Source: the human T2T-CHM13v2.0 reference genome, Homo sapiens. Taken from it: a stretch of 64,000 nucleotides of DNA. The position numbers were made by a program, and so were the translations under genes. Under the pieces are notes generated by a model. The model saw only the letters and a list, made by a program, of their open reading frames with translations, was not told where the DNA came from and did not search any database. The stretch is from the NCBI RefSeq assembly GCF_009914755.1, contig NC_060929.1. One strand, 5' to 3'. Below, one piece after another: positions 59,559 through 64,000 of this stretch. Every line of letters begins with the position of its first letter. Within the stretch, counting starts at the first letter, position 1.

Positions 59559-61927
59559 GTGGTGGATGCACATTTGAGCAACATAAAGTCCCAAGAAATC
59601 ACGGTGATGACATAAACTCTCCCTCCCATCAAGGGCAAGAGTTTTCAAGTTTCAGAATCTTAGATCTAGAAAAAATCCTACAAATTATTTAGTGAAATTC
59701 TTATTTTTAAGGTGAGAGCACTTACTGGTGTCCAAGAGTTAGTAGCCAATTTATTTTCATATTTTTTTAATTTCTTTTTTAATGATGGCATTTTATTTTA
59801 AAGTGCAAATACCTGGGATAATTCAGAAGTTAATTAACTCACAATAAGTTTTTAGTGATATTAGATTTTTTTCATTTTTGGAAGAAGAACAGAAAAAGTG
59901 TAAAAAGATGGAATAATATAGAAAATGGTAGCTGGAGGATTCAAAGAAGAACTCACTTTTATCATGTCAAAGCTAAAATATAAATTGTAGATTTTGCATA
60001 TGTACAATGAGCAGAAACACATAGCTGAAGAAAGAAGTGTGCTAAATAAATAAATGAAGTATTAATGATTGAGCAGAGTCTTAGAAAGTTGGACATGTTA
60101 AGAGCATTGAATCTATTTAGCCTTTCATGCCATGCCCAAAATCAGAATTTTAACCTATACTAGGACTTTAAGACAAAAAATAGGCAAACAAAATCACAAA
60201 GTGTTACAATTGACATATGCAGTGAATTGTTTCCCTTAAAAACAACATTTTTTTTTTAGTTATATCACTACTATAAAATTTATTCTTCAACAGGCAACTA
60301 AACGTAATCTGGTTTAATCTTTTTTTATAAAGGAACATTTTAAAGTAATTCTTTTCTCCTAACAGACCATCTATTTTCCTCTAAATCTCTTTAGCTTTAA
60401 TATCTATTTTAGCGATAAACAGTGCATGAAATAAACAGCTCAAAGCATGTGTTGTTGGGCCACGCATCTGATTAATTGGATGCAGCTGATCTGAAACTGC
60501 TGGAAGCTTCAATTTTCAAACTTCACAGTTCTTTGATTATTTCAGTCTTGTACTTTTTTCACTTGTCTACAGATTTTTTAACAATGTTCATCACAGGAAC
60601 ATTAAAGTACTCTGACATGAGGTGGGAGTTTTTTTTTTTCCCTACCTTTAAAAAAATACAAATCATGAAATAATAGTTTAGAAGTTTAGATCTCAGATCC
60701 TGCTGTGAACAAAGCTTTAAGAACTGAGTCCAGATGATCTCCTGTGGAGCCTAGCAGCCCAAAAGATTTTGTGTTCCTATAATTGTAGTAGGAGATTTTA
60801 CAGCATAACTTCTAAAAAAAAAAAAATCTTGCATCACCTCCTTATCTTCTTGCTGTCTAGCAATGAGGCTGAATTTAAAGTACGGTGCAGAAAGGTCAAA
60901 TTCCTAGGGGCAGGATGATTGCTGCATGCCAGAAGAGTTGGACTACACTTAGAAAGACAGCTAAAGAACAATTACACAGCTGACATCTCTCTCAGGGCAT
61001 TGTATAGGCATTTGGCTCTTTAATGGGATCTGTACCTCAAACAAAAAGGAAAGCACTTGCATGTGACACCTTTCAGAAACCTGTCCCCACCTAAATAAGC
61101 TATGTAAAAGACAAGGCTCTCTGTGTGTAACCAAATGCATACGTGTTTGTGTGTGTGTGTGTGTGTATGTGGGCATGTGTTTATACTTTATCATTATCAA
61201 GTTTACAAACGACAAGATGACTATTGCACTCAATTGCAGATTCTAATTGTTCAAAAGATGTGATTATAATAATGTTTAATACAGCATGTCATAGATGCTA
61301 TAGTAAGACATGCATGACATCCAGCATGTCATACATTATGTCCTACTTGGACCTAAACTTCTCTCGCACTAGGCTTCAGGACAAATTTTACTGTCATGTG
61401 ATATATGTTAAGAAGTAGGCTCATGATACAACACTCTCTTTTCATGGAGAAGCTTGCTGGGGCTGAGGTGCTAGTTGAGGATACTGGCTTCCTGATATTT
61501 TACCATTTACAGGACAGAGAGGAAAAACCAGCCTCATCAGTAATCAGATTACTTGGCACCAAGAAAACTGGATATAGGGTGTCAGCTGTTCACAGAAGTC
61601 ATCTAGAAATATTATCTGCCAAACACCTGGAGATCATGGTTTAGGAGGAATGTCAATGGGTGGAAGCCTGCTTCTTCAGTGAAGTTGGAATTGCATGCAC
61701 AGACCCTTCCACTGGGAAGGTGTGAGAGGTCTGTCCCACCTAAGTTATGGCCCAGATAGCCTGGGGTGACTTAGAAAATTCTGCTCATTGCTCTTAGAAT
61801 GTTTAATGGGGGCCAAGAACTGGAATAAATTCTTTGTAAAATTTAGCTCATTTAATCTTCACAACCACCCTGTAAAGTAGAAACTATTCCAATCTCCATT
61901 TTCCGGTCATGAAAGCAGATGTAATAT

Positions 61928-62552
61928 TGAGAGGTGAAGCCAGCTGGACTTCCTGGGTCGAGTGGGGACTTGGAGAACTTTTCTGTCTTACAAGAGGATT
62001 GTAAAATGCACCAATCAGCACTCTGTAGCTAGGATTGTAAAACGCACCAATCAGCGTTCTGTAGCTAAGATTGTAAAACGCACCAATCAGCATTCTGCAG
62101 CTAGCAAGAGGTTTGTAAAATGCACCAATTAGCACTCTGTAGCTAGGAATGTAAAACACACCAATCAGTGCTCTGTAGTTAGCAAGAGGATTGTAAAATG
62201 CACCAAACTGCGCTCTGTAAAATGCACCAATCAGTGCTCTGTAAAATGCACCAATCAGCAGGAGTCTAAAAGTAGCCAATCGCAGGGAGGATTGAAAAAA
62301 GGCACTCTGATAGGACAAAAATGGAACATGGGAGGGGACAAATAAGGGAATAAAAGCTGGCCACCCCCAAGCCAGCAGAGGCATCCCACTGGGGTTTGCT
62401 TCCACCTGTGGAAGCTTTGTTTTCACTCTTACTGCTCCTTACTCTTTGGGTCTGTGCCATTTTTAAGAGTTGTAACACCGCAAAGGTCCGTGGCTCCATT
62501 CTTGAAGTCAGTGAGACCATGAACCCACTGGAAGGAACCAACTCCGGACACA
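61928..62552 (+). mobile_element. LTR12 (LTR12F-like) solo LTR inserted in a MIR
   Basis: tgagaggtgaagccagctggacttcc start, tandem caccaatcagc units, ends actccggacaca; TSD atat. Confidence 0.92.
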
Positions 62553-63119
62553 ATATGACTATATAATTCTACCATGGGTAGAATAAGCAAGTAGAGCAAG
62601 ACATAAGCAGTAGAGCCAGTTTTTGTAGTCAGGCTTTCTAAACACTGCAGGTGTATAGATATAGCTGATGAAGAGAAGCTCTTTGCAAAATATTGACCAC
62701 ATTCATTTATTTTTATAATGTCAATGTATTATTGATAGCATTAAAAATGTTACAGAAGGCAATGGACACATTGTACTGATGTGATATTAAGAAACATTGC
62801 TAGCTATGGCACCAAAATTTATGTGACATAAGGAAATTATAATACCTAACACATATTAGTTTTCTCTTCCCTGGTTCTAACTAGCAAGTGCCAGGAGGCA
62901 GGCTGGGTTAAACAGCGTGACCAAGAGTAAACTTTGGATGGTCCAGGATAAAATTATAACATAGGTGGTTTGTCGTTGCTTGTGTTTATTTAATGTTCTC
63001 TCGCTTTCCTTGTCTAGCCAAGATCCCATGCTATGTTGACTTGTCATCTCCAGAAATGTCTTCACACTTGGAAGTTCCCTTAAAAAGCCCTTAAAATTTA
63101 CCTCCTCTAGGACTTACTA

Positions 63120-63287
63120 GTTCCAATTTTTTCAATATTAATACACATATGAATCATCTGGGGATCTTGCCCAAAAGCGGACTTCTGTAGGTACAGGGTA
63201 AGGCCAAGGACTCTGCACTTCTTGTAATTATACTTCTGGGTGATACTGACGCTGCAGTTCCATGCACCACACTTTCCACAGTGAGGC
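63120..63287. mobile_element. MER5A-like element
   Basis: gaatcatctggggatcttg...ggtgatactgacgctgcag..caccacacttt. Confidence 0.7.
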
Positions 63288-63831
63288 ACGCAAGAACATT
63301 TAGAACTGCACATTTTAAACAGAATTGTAATATGTTAGGTTGGTAATAGATGTTAGAAGAGTTAGGCAAACAAGATTTAATTTTGAATGCTTGGAAACTA
63401 AGACCTTGAACAAATATGAGAAAGAAATGAGAATACATTTGGAAAACTCTTTTTGAATCTTTCAAATTTCTTTGGGTTATGTTCTTTCTTCCTTCAAAAG
63501 TAAATCTTTCCTTTCTCAGGAGTTTTCCTCACAAATTTAACAGGAAATAAAAACCTTTCAAGAAAGTCTCTTTGCCTCTACACATCTGAATATTCTCTGT
63601 AGAAAACGATGCAACCTGTTTTTTTGCAAAATTCCGTTATTTAAAAAAAAAAGTCTGAATAACTCTACGTTACCTGAATTCAATTATATAATCTATTGGA
63701 AACATAAAGTGGTCCTCTTTTGAAGAATTATTATATTTACTAATTTATTCAGATTTCTTCAATTGAATGAATCAATAGTATTCTCTGCTCATATGGTATT
63801 ACTGAAACAACTACATAGAAAAAAATAGCAG

Positions 63832-64000
63832 GGCCGGGTGCGGTGGCTCAGGCCTGTAATCCTAGCACTTCTGGAGGGTGAGGCGGGCGGATCACTTGAG
63901 GTTAGGGGTTCGAGACCGGCCTGGCCAACATGGTAAAACCCTGTCTCTACTAAAAATTACAAAAATTTAGCTAGCCATGGTGGCGGGCACCTGTAATCCC
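63832..64000 (+). mobile_element. Alu (AluSx-like), cut by the window edge
   Basis: ggccgggtgcggtggctca left monomer and linker. Confidence 0.92.

Noticed and set aside
61884-62426. 180-aa repeat protein (RVLIGAFYNP)n
   Set aside because: Antisense translation of the LTR12 CCAAT tandem repeats.

Overview
This is AT-rich, CpG-poor mammalian DNA from a catarrhine primate, most likely human or another ape (AluY/AluS, L1PA4-like, LTR12, THE1A and HERV-E/Harlequin are all present). I find no credible host protein-coding exon or RNA gene. The long ORFs in the track are retroelement remnants or chance frames. Main contents: (i) a rearranged ERV cluster at 12.9-22.2 kb (truncated MLT1, an inverted LTR2 fragment abutting a 3'-truncated Harlequin provirus, and a MER57-type provirus lacking its 5' LTR); (ii) an old L1MC at 22.2-27.5 kb; (iii) two solo LTR12s; (iv) a complete THE1A provirus; (v) a near full-length L1PA15/16-like element containing a full-length L1PA4-like element and three Alus. 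The most unusual signals are locus-specific rearrangement scars: a templated-insertion/palindrome scar at 24.3 kb, a ~150-bp local inverted duplication at 25.0/25.4 kb, a mosaic duplication at 58.8-59.6 kb, and an apparent L1-mediated retrocopy of an LTR fragment at 28.6 kb. I see no evidence of a new biological system. Subfamily names come from recalled consensus sequences and need RepeatMasker/Dfam confirmation.
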